Shown: positions 40,523 through 51,399 of the stretch, piece by piece | Layout of the letters: each line of letters opens with the position of its first letter | Position numbering within the stretch: position 1 is the stretch's first letter | Assembly: GCA_965261595.1 (NCBI GenBank) | Contig: CBDHDG010000006.1 | Span: forward strand, 992,001 to 1,056,000 | Reading direction: 5' to 3' | From: a bacterium | GTDB lineage: Bacteria > UBA8248 > JACPRG01 > G963555815 | Length of the DNA stretch: 64,000 nt | Program-made: the position numbers and the translations under genes | Notes under the pieces: model-generated | The model's database searches: none | Told to the model about the DNA's origin: nothing | What the model saw: only the letters and a program-made list of their open reading frames with translations

Positions 40523-40986
40523 GATCCTCCGCAGTTCGGCCAGGGCGTCACGCTGCAGCCTCACAAATTCGTCCATATCCATCGTCGTGGACGGCTTCGG
40601 GTGCCCGATGGATTTTCTGTAACCGCGGTGCCGTTGATGGAATGTCTGCTTGTGCCTTTTCAAGCGCGTTTATATACTTGACGCAGTAAACCACAAGATA
40701 TAGGGGCCATTTTGACCCACTACATGTTGTGGTTACTCGAAATTGAACGTCATCTGACATTCTACCAATACCAGCCGACCCGAAAGCTTTGGGGGTCCCC
40801 CCACCAGTGTTCCGCGAATATAGAGAGGTGTGCGCTCAGGGGTTTTATCGGTTCGGATGGAAAAACGACCGGCAAGAAACGCAACTCCCATTTTGAAGAA
40901 ATCAACAACTTGGGACGCCGCTTCGGTGATGCCCCAATTCCACTAGTCAACAGCTTCGCAACGTGTGTTCATCTTGGGACTCCTTG

Positions 40987-42390
40987 TGGAGCGCCCCTGG
41001 GTTATTGGACACTCGGGTGAGGGTATTCGACCTCATGCGGCCTCCGCAACTTGAGCGAGTTTTTCCTGCCTTGCCTGGGCCGGCGTTCGGTAGCCGTAGC
41101 CCTCGAGAATCCAATGATGGTTATACAGGTTCTTGAACTCAAGCAGCGCCCACCGCAGTTCCTCTACGGTGGCGAAAGAGCGCACCCACAGGAGATTCTC
41201 CTTCAAGGTGCGGATGAACCACTCACAGTAGCCATTTCCCTCGGGCGCCCGCACGAAGCTGGGCGAACTGGTCATGCCCAGGTAGGCGATCTCCCGCTGA
41301 AAGTCATCGGACAGATAGGCGGGGCCGTGGTCGTGACGAACTTTAAGCCCCTCGGCGACGTCCGCCTCCAAGCCGGCGAAGCGCTCGGCGACCCCCTGCC
41401 GGATCGGCTCCAGGGCCTCGAAGCGGTTGCCGCTCTTGGCCGCATGGATCCCCACGCAGTCCACCGAGCAGTGATCCACCGCCACGAACACCGAGGCCAT
41501 CCCCTCCTCGGTGGTCACCGTCGTCGTCATGTCCGTGCCCCACATTCGGTCGGGCCGCTCGGTGCGGATGGTCCCGTTGTGGGCCTTGGGACCTCGGGGT
41601 TTGCCCACCCGGTGGGGGGCCTGAAGCCCCGCCTCCCGCATCAGGCGACGCACCCGCTCCTTGCTGGTGCGGATGCCCGCGAAGCGCAGCCTCGCCCACA
41701 CCTTGCGGTAGCCCTCGCCATGGAAGGGAGAGTCCTCCAGGACCTGCCGGATGTGGCCGAGGAGTTCCGCATCGGTGCACGGGCCCACAGGGCCGCGCTT
41801 ATTGGGCGTGGGGCGTTCATGAACGGGGACCGCCTCTCGCCGCCGTTGCGCGTAGACCGTGGAGCGCGCCAAGCCCCAAAGGGCGCACACCCGCTTCAGG
41901 CCGTAGGCTCTGCCCGTGGAGGTGAAGCGGGCCTGACTCATCGCCTCCACCTCCTGCCGGCTAAAGGGCGGCCGGCCTCCAGGCGGTCGATCTTCTCCCG
42001 CAGGACCTCGCCCTCCATCGTGAGTTCGCCCACCTTGGCCTTGAGCCGGGCGTTCTCCTCGTCCCGCTCATCCGCCGGGCGGGCTTTGAGCGCCGCCTCG
42101 CCCCCGCGAAGGAACGCCTCGCGCCAGGCGGAAAGCCGAGCCGCTGTCGTGCCCAACTCGCGGCAGAGCGTCTCCAGGCTCTCGCCCCGCAAAAGACGCA
42201 GGACCACCTCCCGCTTGCGCTGGCAGGAGAACCGACCCCGCTCACTGCGATGCCCTGGGGCCTTGGCTCCGTTCGCCCTACGGGCGCCCTCCGCCAAAGC
42301 CCCCTCTTGCTTTTGTTCGTTCATCGCGACACCCCTTTCTCCATGAATCATGGATCAATCGAGTGTCCAACAAAACCCTAGAGCGGGGGA
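40987..42390 (-). mobile_element. IS3-family element copy 3, no TSD
   Basis: Near-identical copy; the flanks differ. Confidence 0.93.
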
Positions 42391-43382
42391 ACGGCAAGGT
42401 CCACAGCGCTGATGACTGGCGGTCTGTATTGGAGCCGGTGGTAGCTCGCTACCGGGATGCGAAGGTCTGTCGGTTTTTTCGAGGCGACGCGGCATTTGCC
42501 AAGCCGGAGGTGTACCGATACCTTGAGGCGGAGGGCTACTCCTATGCGATTCGGCTTCCGGCCAACGCCATCTTGTACAGGGACATCGAATACCTTCTGA
42601 CCCGGCCGGTTGGCCGACCGCCCAAAAGGCCCATTATCTTCTACCACAGCGTCTCCTATCAGGCGGCTAGTTGGGAGAAGCCTCGCCGGGTGGTGGTGGC
42701 GGTCGAGTGGCACCAGGGCGAGTTGTTTCCAAGAGTCAGCTTCATCGTGACCAACCTGCACTGGCGGGAAGAGAACGTCGTGAGGTTCTACAACCAGCGT
42801 GGGACGGCGGAGCAGTGGATCAAGGAGGGCAAGTACGCCCTGAACTGGACGCGCCTGTCCTGCCACGGCTTTGAAGAGAGCCAGGTTCGCTTGCAACTAT
42901 TTGCCTTGGCGTACAACCTGGCAAACTTCCTGCGGCGGCTGGCGTTGCCCAGAGCGGTGAAGCACTGGTCGCTGACGACGTTACGCGAGAAGCTGATTAA
43001 GATTGGGGCCAAGGTGGTCACCCACGCCCAGTACACCACCTTCCAGATGGCCGAGGTGGCCGTGCCGCGTCAACTGTTCAGGGCAATCCTTGAACGAATT
43101 CGACGGTTGTGGTTACCGCCTCCCGTACCAGATACCGGATGACGGAGCAGATGGCCCGGAAGCTTAGTGACATGGTGGAGACGGGGGATCAGTCTGTGCC
43201 GAACTCCCCTGAGTGTGCCGGTAGAGCTGGGTTTTCAAGGGATTGCGGCTTTAGGACGGCCGTTGCCCCTCGATTGAGCAGAGGGTTCTGCAAAGAGACC
43301 CTGAATCTGTAGTAAAATGGGGTACTTTGATGACACAGGAGGACCGCAGGATGGCTAAGAGTGGTCATCTGGGAAATCCCGG
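42391..43382 (+). pseudogene. 3' half of an IS1380-family element (CDS to 43142), truncated by IS3 copy 3
   Basis: RGDAAFA, YNQRGTAEQWIKEGK, LIKIGAKVV; terminal CATCTGGGAAATCCCGG. Confidence 0.88.
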
Positions 43383-43599
43383 TTTAAATCAAGACAACTC
43401 TTGTATTGACCACCCGTTGCTCTTTAACTCAATTAGAGCCCTCTTTACCGGGGCTGTCAACACCATTTCGGGCGCCTGAAACCCTGATCGGAGCGGTATC
43501 CGCCATTGGAAAACCATGTCAGCGCCGGCGTGTAAACGGGCTTGACCACCAGGTTTGGAGTCTTCGTCATTTTGCCCTTGTGTGGACTCCGCTTAGGGT

Positions 43600-43990
43600 C
43601 GCTAGACAGGCACCGGGCATCATCGCTTGATTCTCTCCAAGATAAGGGCAAATGTCTTCCTGGATACACCGACCTCGGCCAACTGGAAGGTGATGTGGCG
43701 GGCGTACCGCACGAGCCGGCCGCCCATTTTGAGGAGCTTAAGCTGAAGGCCGCGTAACGACCAGTGCTTGATCCCTCTCGGCAGGCCAGCAATCCCGCAT
43801 CCGAAGTCATTCTGGTTCCGTGAAACTCAAGCCTCAGCCGACGCTCAAAACGGACCTTCAACGCCCACTTTTTCGCTTCACCCATTGGATTACCCCGCGA
43901 GAGGATGGCTCGGGGAGGCTCATGCATTGATTTTACTCCAGAAAATGTCCTCCGGTCCGACAAAAGTTATGATCCATATGGGATATCTGG
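43600..43990 (-). pseudogene. Internally deleted IS1380 remnant
   Basis: LRLEFHGTRMTSDAGLLACRE joined to LLKMGGRLVRHARHITFQLAEV; end sequence CCAGATATCCCATATGG. Confidence 0.75.
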
Positions 43991-44124
43991 GAACTATACC
44001 ATTTGTCCGTCGGATAGCGCTCTCTCGGGACATTGATGGGTGCGGAAAGCCCTAACAGGTTGCGGACCCCCCCCCAAGATGGGTATCCCCGCAACGGATT
44101 TCCAAGACATCCCGCTTTCAAGAT

Positions 44125-44242
44125 GTAGGGGAGTCCCTTGGGGCTCCCGCGGGGGCTCGATGGGTCATCGATGGAAGGACCAATGAATCCATGAGTTATA
44201 CTCCTCTCGTGAGAGGCGGGAGGGCGCAAGGCCCTCCCCTAC
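44125..44242. repeat. Inverted GTAG-type REP pair (REPIN-like)
   Basis: GTAGGGGAG ... CTCCCCTAC, each adjoining a hairpin. Confidence 0.5.
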
Positions 44243-44402
44243 AACGATCGCAATCGAGAAGAATTCGCACCCGAAAAGGTACGATGGACCATGCCGAAAT
44301 CGTTTTTCCGCAACCTGCTAAGGGAACCCCGCCGGTGGGGTTGTTTTCAGACGCGCCGGGTGATCGGCGCACCCGGGGGATCGGCCGGACATTCGATTCC
44401 TG

Positions 44403-44431
44403 TTGACTTCCAATTTTCATTGGGTTAGAAA
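44403..44431 (+). promoter_or_regulatory. Candidate sigma70 promoter of the ABC operon
   Basis: TTGACT-N17-TAGAAA. Confidence 0.45.
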
Positions 44432-44493
44432 TTTTCTCCACTTGGGATCCCCGATCCCCCACGAATTGCAGTCGCCCTCACTTGGACGGCCCG

Positions 44494-46026
44494 ATGCCTC
44501 CAATTCTCCGGATGAGCAAGGTCTGCAAGCGCTTCGGGCCCGTTATCGCCAACGATAATGTCGATCTCGAATGCGAGGCGGGAGAGATCCACGCCCTTCT
44601 TGGTGAGAACGGCGCCGGGAAAACCACGTTGATGAACATCCTCTATGGCCTCTACCAGCGGGACAGCGGGGAGATTCTATTCCGGGACCGGGCGTTGGAT
44701 TTCGACTCGCCGCGCGACGCCATCCGGGCGAGGATCGGAATGGTCCACCAGCACTTCATGCTGGTCCCTCCGCTCTCGGTCACCGAGAACATCATTCTTG
44801 GGGAGAAATCTCCCGGGCCTCTTCTGGGTCTTCGGAACGCCGAGGCGCGCATCCGGGAAATCTCCGAACGCCAGCATCTGGCCGTTGACCCCAAGGCGAA
44901 GGTGTGGCAGCTTTCAGTCGGGGAAGAGCAGCGCGTCGAGATCATCAAGGCGCTCTATCGCGGGGCGACGCTGCTGATTCTCGACGAGCCCACCGGCGTC
45001 CTGACGCCCGGTGAGGTGGAAGAGCTCTTCCGCGTCTTGCGCTCGCTTGCGGCCCGGGGCCACTCGGTGATCTTCATCTCCCACAAGCTGGAAGAGGTGA
45101 TGGCCATCAGCGATCGGCTCACCGTTCTTCGGGAGGGACGGAAGGTGGCCACCGTCTCCACGGCGGACACCCACCCCCGGGAGCTGGCCCGGATGATGGT
45201 GGGGCGAGAGGTGATCTTCGACGTGGAGAAGGAAATCGTCCCTCGGGGCGAGCCGGTGCTGGAGGTTCGCGGCCTCGGGGCGCGAAACGACCGCAAGATT
45301 GAAGCCCTCAAGTCGGTGGACCTGGAGGTTCACGCGGGGGAGATTGTAGGGATCGCCGGCGTGGACGGCAACGGCCAGAGCGAGCTGGCCCAGATCCTGA
45401 CCGGTTTGCGCAAGACCGACCGGGGGGACGTGCGGATCCTCGGGAACAACGTCACCCACCGCTCTCCCCGGGACCTCATTCGCATGGGGACGGCTCACAT
45501 CCCCGAGGACCGCCAGCGGGTCGGTCTCATCCTGGACATGACCGTGGCAGAAAACGCGGTGCTGGAAGTCCACGGGGAGCCTCCCTATTCCCGTATGGGG
45601 TTCCTCGATCATGAGGCCATCTCCCGGTTCGCCGAGGAGCTCATCTCCCGGTACGACGTGAAGACCCGGGGACCCGACGCCCCGGCCGGCGCCCTCTCCG
45701 GGGGCAACCAGCAAAAGCTCATCCTGGCCCGGGAGATGTCCAGGGACCCGAGGCTGCTGGTGGCCGTGCATCCCAGCCGGGGGTTGGACGTGGGGGCGAC
45801 CGAGTTCGTCCATCGCCAACTCCTGGCCCGCCGCAAGGCCGGCGGCGCAGTCCTCCTCATCTCCACGGAGCTGGAGGAGATCTTCCTTTTGAGCGACCGG
45901 ATCGCGGTGATGTACGAGGGGGAGATCCTGGGGGTGTTCCGGACTTCCGAGGTCACCCGGGAAACGGTGGGACTGTTGATGGCAGGCTCCCGCGTCGGGG
46001 GACATACCGGGGACCCGGCCGAATGA
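44494..46026 (+). CDS. Nucleoside/purine-type (CUT2) ABC transporter ATPase, two domains
   Basis: GENGAGKT, LDEPT, LSGGNQQK. Confidence 0.93.
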   Translation: MPPILRMSKVCKRFGPVIANDNVDLECEAGEIHALLGENGAGKTTLMNILYGLYQRDSGEILFRDRALDFDSPRDAIRARIGMVHQHFMLVPPLSVTENIILGEKSPGPLLGLRNAEARIREISERQHLAVDPKAKVWQLSVGEEQRVEIIKALYRGATLLILDEPTGVLTPGEVEELFRVLRSLAARGHSVIFISHKLEEVMAISDRLTVLREGRKVATVSTADTHPRELARMMVGREVIFDVEKEIVPRGEPVLEVRGLGARNDRKIEALKSVDLEVHAGEIVGIAGVDGNGQSELAQILTGLRKTDRGDVRILGNNVTHRSPRDLIRMGTAHIPEDRQRVGLILDMTVAENAVLEVHGEPPYSRMGFLDHEAISRFAEELISRYDVKTRGPDAPAGALSGGNQQKLILAREMSRDPRLLVAVHPSRGLDVGATEFVHRQLLARRKAGGAVLLISTELEEIFLLSDRIAVMYEGEILGVFRTSEVTRETVGLLMAGSRVGGHTGDPAE

Positions 46027-47090
46027 GCGCCGCCCGGCAACCGGGCGCTCCGGTAGAGAGGTCAGGCGTTTGGAGGAGAAGGCTCGGCGGCCTCCTTCTT
46101 CCGGCGGCCTCGGTCCTGGCGGCCTTCATCGTCGCCGGTGTGTTGATGGCCCTCACCGGCGTCAACCCCATCCGGGCGTACGCCTACCTCTTCCTGCATT
46201 CCCTCGCGGACCGGAACAGCCTGGCGGAGATCGCCGTCCGCGCATCGCCTCTTCTGCTGACGGGACTGGGAGTGGCAGTGGCGTTTCAGTGCGGGATGTG
46301 GAACATCGGCGCCGAAGGCCAGCTCTACGTCGGGGCCATCGTGACCACCGGAATTGGAATCACCTTCGTCGATTTCCCCCCCCTCGTCCTGCTTCCTGTG
46401 ATCATCCTGGCCAGCATGGCGGCCGGGGGGCTCTACGGGGCGTTGCCCGCCTGGCTCAAGGTCCGATTCGGGGCCAACGAGATCATCGTCACCATCATGC
46501 TCAACTACGTGGCCATCCTCGGGTCCAGCTACCTTTTGAGCAACCCATGGAAGGAGCCCTCCGGCCTCGTGCCGCGCTCGGCCAACATCGCGGAGGCGGC
46601 CCAGCTCCCCCGGCTGGTCGCCGGCACGCGCATCCACGCCGGGATTCTCCTGGCGCTGGCGGCCGCGGCCATCCTCTACGTCCTGCTCCGGAAAACCGTC
46701 CTGGGCTATCGCCTGCGCGCCGTGGGCCGGAACCCTCAGGCGGCCCACTACGGGGGGATCCGGGTGGGTCGGACGCTGATCACCGGGATGGTCATCAGCG
46801 GGGGCCTGGCCGGTCTTGCGGGTATGGGCGAAATCTCGGGAATCCACCATCACCTGCTGGACAATTTTTCGCCCGGCTACGGGTTCACGGGGATCATCGT
46901 GGCCCTGCTGGGAAATCTCCATCCCGTCGGCGTGGCCGTGGCGGCCGTACTGTTCGCCGCGCTTCAGGTCGGGGCGGAATCCATGCAACGCACCTTCCGC
47001 ATCGCCACCTCCCTGGTGTGGATTCTCCAGGGACTTGTGGTGCTCTTCGCCTTGGGCAGCCGCTTTCTGAAGCGCTACGTCGGGGAGTAG
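46023..47090 (+). CDS. ABC transporter permease
   Basis: NIGAEGQ, NEIIVTIMLNY, GYGFTGI. Confidence 0.92.
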   Translation: MSAARQPGAPVERSGVWRRRLGGLLLPAASVLAAFIVAGVLMALTGVNPIRAYAYLFLHSLADRNSLAEIAVRASPLLLTGLGVAVAFQCGMWNIGAEGQLYVGAIVTTGIGITFVDFPPLVLLPVIILASMAAGGLYGALPAWLKVRFGANEIIVTIMLNYVAILGSSYLLSNPWKEPSGLVPRSANIAEAAQLPRLVAGTRIHAGILLALAAAAILYVLLRKTVLGYRLRAVGRNPQAAHYGGIRVGRTLITGMVISGGLAGLAGMGEISGIHHHLLDNFSPGYGFTGIIVALLGNLHPVGVAVAAVLFAALQVGAESMQRTFRIATSLVWILQGLVVLFALGSRFLKRYVGE

Positions 47091-47096
47091 ATCCGG

Positions 47097-48062
47097 ATGG
47101 AATGGGACATCCTCATGGACCGGTTCTTCTGGATCAGCGTCTTTGCGGCCATGGTCCGGATCGCCGCCCCCATCCTGATGGCGGCCCTGGGGGAGGTGTT
47201 CGCCGAGCAGTCCGGCGTCCTGAACATCGGGCTGGAAGGGGTGATGCTCATGGGCGCGTTCAGCGGCTTCATGGGGGCGTACGTCACCGGCAGCAATTGG
47301 GTCGGCGTCCTGGCGGGGATGCTCGGGGGCGGCGCGCTGAGCCTCATCCTGGCGTACATGAGCCTGAACCGTGGGGTGGACCAGGTGGTCACGGGGATCG
47401 CCATCAACATCCTCGCCCTGGGCGTCACCAGCTACCTCTTCAGCCGGGCCTTCGCCATCTCTTTCGAGCCGCCGCGGATTCACGCCTTCAAGGCCTGGCC
47501 CATCCCCATCCTCAGCGACCTGCCGTGGCTGGGACGGATCCTGTTCAAACAGACACCGCTGGTCTACATCGCCCTGCTCCTGACGCCCGTCTGCGCCTTT
47601 GTCCTCTACTGGACGAAGTTCGGCCTGAAGATCCGGGCCGTCGGGGAGCACCCCCTGGCCGCGGACACCGCGGGCGTTCACGTGTACGGCGTGCGGCTGG
47701 CGTGCATCCTCCTGAGCGGGGTGATGGCCGGCTTCGGCGGGGCCATCCTGAGCGTGGGCCAGGTGGACGTCTTCCTGGAGAACATGACGGCGGGCCGCGG
47801 GTTCATCGCCCTGGCCGTCGTGGTGTTCGGGAAGTGGAACCCGTTCCGGGTGCTGGGGGCGGCGTTGCTGTTCGGGCTGGCCGACGCCTTCCAGCTTCGG
47901 CTTCAAGCCCTCGGTTTCGTCATTCCCTTCCAGTTCCTTCTGATGGCGCCTTACATATTGACCATCGTGGTCCTCGTCGGCATCGCGGGCAGGGCGACGT
48001 ACCCCGCCGCCACGGGTATCCCTTACATTGTGGAAAAGCGCCGCAAGCGGCGGAACCTTTGA
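47097..48062 (+). CDS. ABC transporter permease
   Basis: SGVLNIGLEG, AVGEHP.AADTAG, GRGFIALA. Confidence 0.92.
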   Translation: MEWDILMDRFFWISVFAAMVRIAAPILMAALGEVFAEQSGVLNIGLEGVMLMGAFSGFMGAYVTGSNWVGVLAGMLGGGALSLILAYMSLNRGVDQVVTGIAINILALGVTSYLFSRAFAISFEPPRIHAFKAWPIPILSDLPWLGRILFKQTPLVYIALLLTPVCAFVLYWTKFGLKIRAVGEHPLAADTAGVHVYGVRLACILLSGVMAGFGGAILSVGQVDVFLENMTAGRGFIALAVVVFGKWNPFRVLGAALLFGLADAFQLRLQALGFVIPFQFLLMAPYILTIVVLVGIAGRATYPAATGIPYIVEKRRKRRNL

Positions 48063-48245
48063 AGGAACGGAGAAATGGCAGGTTCGAGACCGATTGACAC
48101 GTGCGCGGGACTGTATCAAGATAGGTTCCCGACCGATAAAGCCAAGAGGCGATCAGGGTGCGTCGAAAGTTGCCGGGGCGAATTTCCGTTAAGAAGACCT
48201 AGTGATTTCTTCGGACCTGGGTGAAGCCCGCGAAAGGAGGGAGTC

Positions 48246-49271
48246 ATGAAAAAACTGATCCTGTTCGTTCTGGCGGGAATACTCGCGCTGGGAACGTCGG
48301 GGCCGGCGCTGGCGAAGCATAAGCAAACGCGGGTGGCGGCCGCGCTTCCGGGCACGGTCAGCGACGCCTCCTGGAACGCGGCCGCGGTGAAAGGACTCAA
48401 TCTTGCGAAGAAACGCTACGGCATCGAGTACACCTTTGTGGAGAGCGTCAAGCTGGCCGATCTGGAAGGCCTCTACCGGGATTTCGCGGCCAAGGGGTAC
48501 AATCTTATTATCGGCCATTCGTTTGAGTATGGGGACGCCGCCCTCAAGGCAGCAAAGGATTTTCCCAAGGCGAACTTTGCCGTTACCGCCTCCTCGGTGA
48601 AAGCGTCCAATGTTGCCTCCTTCGATATACGCCAACAGGAGACCCCCTTTGTCGCCGGCGTTCTTGCGGGCTTGATGACCAAGACCAACCGGATCGGGGC
48701 CATCGGCGGGTTCGGCTTCCCGGCCATCATCCGGCAGATGGAGGGGTTCCGTCTCGGGGCCCGGTACGGCAATCCGAAGGTCCGGATGTATCACACCTAC
48801 ATCAATACCTGGTCGGACGTGGGCAAGGCCAAGGAGACCGCCCTCGGCCAGTTCGACCTGCGCGCCGACATCGTGTTCACCGCCCTGGCCGAGGCGGGCC
48901 ACGGGGTCATCAAGGCGGCGCAGGAAAATGGGAAGTTCGCCATTCCCGGCTACTCCCCGCAACATCACCTCGCCCCGAAGACCGTCCTCACCAGCGTTCT
49001 CCACGGCGTGCCCAATGTGATCTTCAACATGGTGAAGGAGCTCCACGAGGGCACTTTCAAAGGGAAGGTTTATCAGCTGGGCTTCCGGGACGGCGTCGGC
49101 GGCTTGCCGCCCTGGCACCCGGAGGCGAAGGAGATCATTCCGAAGAAGATTCGCGATCGGGTGGAGCGGGTTGCCGCCGCCATGAGGAGCGGAGAACTTG
49201 TGATTCCCGAAATCATCAAGGACGGCGACGCGAAGGATTATGACATTTCCAAGCTGCCTGTGATCCGGTAA
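48246..49271 (+). CDS. BMP-family substrate-binding protein
   Basis: Signal peptide; D.SWN, GHSFEY, IG.IGG, W.D..KAKE.A. Confidence 0.9.
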   Translation: MKKLILFVLAGILALGTSGPALAKHKQTRVAAALPGTVSDASWNAAAVKGLNLAKKRYGIEYTFVESVKLADLEGLYRDFAAKGYNLIIGHSFEYGDAALKAAKDFPKANFAVTASSVKASNVASFDIRQQETPFVAGVLAGLMTKTNRIGAIGGFGFPAIIRQMEGFRLGARYGNPKVRMYHTYINTWSDVGKAKETALGQFDLRADIVFTALAEAGHGVIKAAQENGKFAIPGYSPQHHLAPKTVLTSVLHGVPNVIFNMVKELHEGTFKGKVYQLGFRDGVGGLPPWHPEAKEIIPKKIRDRVERVAAAMRSGELVIPEIIKDGDAKDYDISKLPVIR

Positions 49272-49442
49272 GCCTCGAAAATCAACAGGCCCTTCTAGTC
49301 GGGGAGGATTGAATCAACGGGCGGCTGTCCCGAGGATTTTTCCTCACCTTTGGGGGAACCGTGGTTTGAGCAGCGCGGAAATCGCGGCTATCAAGATGCG
49401 CCCCGATCAGGCCTGTGTACTTTCTCGCCCGGCGAGACCTGT

Positions 49443-49707
49443 CCCTTCGACAAGCTCAGGGCAGGCTCCGAGCGAAGCCGACTTAGCCTCCATTTCTCAC
49501 AAACAGAATCTTCAAGCTCGGATGGGTCGGTGAATGGGTTGCCTTTCAATCCATTGCCCGATGCGAGCGAGTTGATTGGCTGAGACACCCCGTTCTCCGC
49601 GCGGGCGTGTGACGGGCCGGTACGGAGACCACCGAGGCGGTGGCACCGTCCGGCCCCTACGGGCACACCACGTTTTCCGTCGTAGGGGCGGGTCTCCGTA
49701 CCCGCCC
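49443..49707. repeat. Cluster of intergenic REP-like palindromes
   Basis: CCCTTCGACAAGCTCAGGGCAGGC (49443-66); CCCCTAC (49654-60); GTAGGGGCGGGTCTCCGTACCCGCCC (49682-707). Confidence 0.5.
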
Positions 49708-49992
49708 GGAAAGACAACCTTTGTGCGTATCCGCCGGCCTCAATGGAACAAAGCCGCCGGTGGCGATTCCCTCGGCAAGCAAAGCGCGAGACCATGACTT
49801 GGTGAGAAATCCGAGTTAGAGGAGTGATGTACCGTTTTCATGGAAGAAATTGGGCGGCCTGCATGTGGATTCTCCCGGACGCGCCCTTGCGCCTGCTCCC
49901 CTAATCTCCCCCGATCACAAGTCCCGGCTGCACCGCGCGTCCCGCCCCTCAGAGAAGACGATCGGTACGCTACGCCTCCCCCGCCGCGAACC

Positions 49993-50943
49993 TCAGGAGG
50001 TCAGGACCGCCTTGGGCAGCATGGCGTGGATGCCTTTGTTGCCGTCCACGAGCTGGGTGACGCGAAGGTCGGCCGCCAGACTACACAGGGCGTAGGCGTC
50101 TTCGGGTGACAGCCCCGCAATCTCTCCCAAGAGGGTGATCATCTCCCGCACAGCCTGTTTGGCCGCGTCGTCCAGGTCGGGGTCCATCCCCATGGTGAGG
50201 TAGTGAGTCGGGCTTTCGGCGCGGGGGAACCGGAGGGAGAGGTCTTTTCGGACGATGATCTCAAAGGTCCCCGTCATGGAGGTCTCGAGGGCCGTTACAT
50301 TGACCTCGCCGTCCCCCTGAACGGCGTGGCCGTCCCCTATCGAGAGAAGCGCCCCTTCGTTCCAGACGGGAAGGTAGAGGGTCGTTCCCGCCACGAGTTC
50401 TTTGTTGTCCAGATTACCCCCGTGTTCTCTCGGCTCGATGGTGGAGATCCGCCCGTAGCTCGGCGGCGGCGCGACGCCGATCACACCGAAGAACGGCTTC
50501 AAGGGCAAACGAAGGCCCCACGGCGGCTCGGCGACCATGGCCTTGCGGTCGATGGGGATGTGGATCAGGCGGGTCTGCGGAAAATCCTCGGGCAGCGTCC
50601 CCCACAGCGCCAGCATGATGTTCCAACCCCAATCCTCGCGCAGCGTGCAGTCGAGGATTCTGACCTCTAGGGTGTCGCCCACCTCGGCCCCGTTCACCCA
50701 GATGGGTCCCGTCATGACGTGGGGACCGGGGCCCCGCTCGCACTTGGCGAGGAGCTCCAGATGCTCCGGCAGCACCTCGAAAGGCTCCGGTGGCAGTTCG
50801 TCGTGACCGACGGGACCGACCGACAGACAGTGTGTCGTGACCCGGTCGCCCGAGTCCACCCGAAGGACCGGGGGGAGGGAAGAGTCGAAGAACCCCCAGT
50901 GAACCGTTTCGGGCGAGGCGTGAAGCTCGTGGTGGGTGGGCAT
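49993..50943 (-). CDS. Acetamidase/formamidase family protein
   Basis: TGPI.V.GA..GD.L, HGGNLD, GDGHAVQGDGEV..ALET. Confidence 0.92.
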   Translation of the reverse strand: MPTHHELHASPETVHWGFFDSSLPPVLRVDSGDRVTTHCLSVGPVGHDELPPEPFEVLPEHLELLAKCERGPGPHVMTGPIWVNGAEVGDTLEVRILDCTLREDWGWNIMLALWGTLPEDFPQTRLIHIPIDRKAMVAEPPWGLRLPLKPFFGVIGVAPPPSYGRISTIEPREHGGNLDNKELVAGTTLYLPVWNEGALLSIGDGHAVQGDGEVNVTALETSMTGTFEIIVRKDLSLRFPRAESPTHYLTMGMDPDLDDAAKQAVREMITLLGEIAGLSPEDAYALCSLAADLRVTQLVDGNKGIHAMLPKAVLTS

Positions 50944-51042
50944 GATTTCTCTCCTATATTCTGTAAATGGCGGTGAAAAACTGCGGCGCTTGGCCATTGT
51001 CTACCCCGCTATGGGGTGGGTGTCAATCCCTCTGCCGATTGC

Positions 51043-51399
51043 GGTGATGTACCGTTTTGTGTGTAGAAGTGGTTTTTGGGCAAAAGAAGGGGGTGTACTC
51101 TCTCCTGGAGTGTTGAGTGTTGAACCCTTTGCAAGGAGGAGTACACCCATGCAGCCGAAGCTGCTCTTTGAGGATAAGGACTTGGGCCGGGCTTTCAACA
51201 GATGACAGAGGTGTTAGTGGACGAGCTGCCCACCGAGGCCGCCCTGAAGGGGTTTTTGGAAGGCTTGATGCGTGAGGAGCGGGCGGTCTACTTGGCCGCC
51301 ACCCCCCGCGAGCGCACCCCTTTGCGGCGGGATTGGGCCAACGGCCACTACACCCGGGACCTGGGCACCGAAAGGGGTCTCATCCGGGACCTTCGGGTA
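51043..51399 (+). pseudogene. 5' remnant of an IS256 element related to the one at 15766
   Basis: Same terminal sequence; MQPKLLF..; RDWANGHYTRDLGT; frameshifted and cut by IS1595. Confidence 0.8.

Noticed and set aside
40523..40986. Lower-GC segment between IS3 copies 2 and 3
   Set aside because: Only short stop-interrupted frames; no recognisable product or structure.
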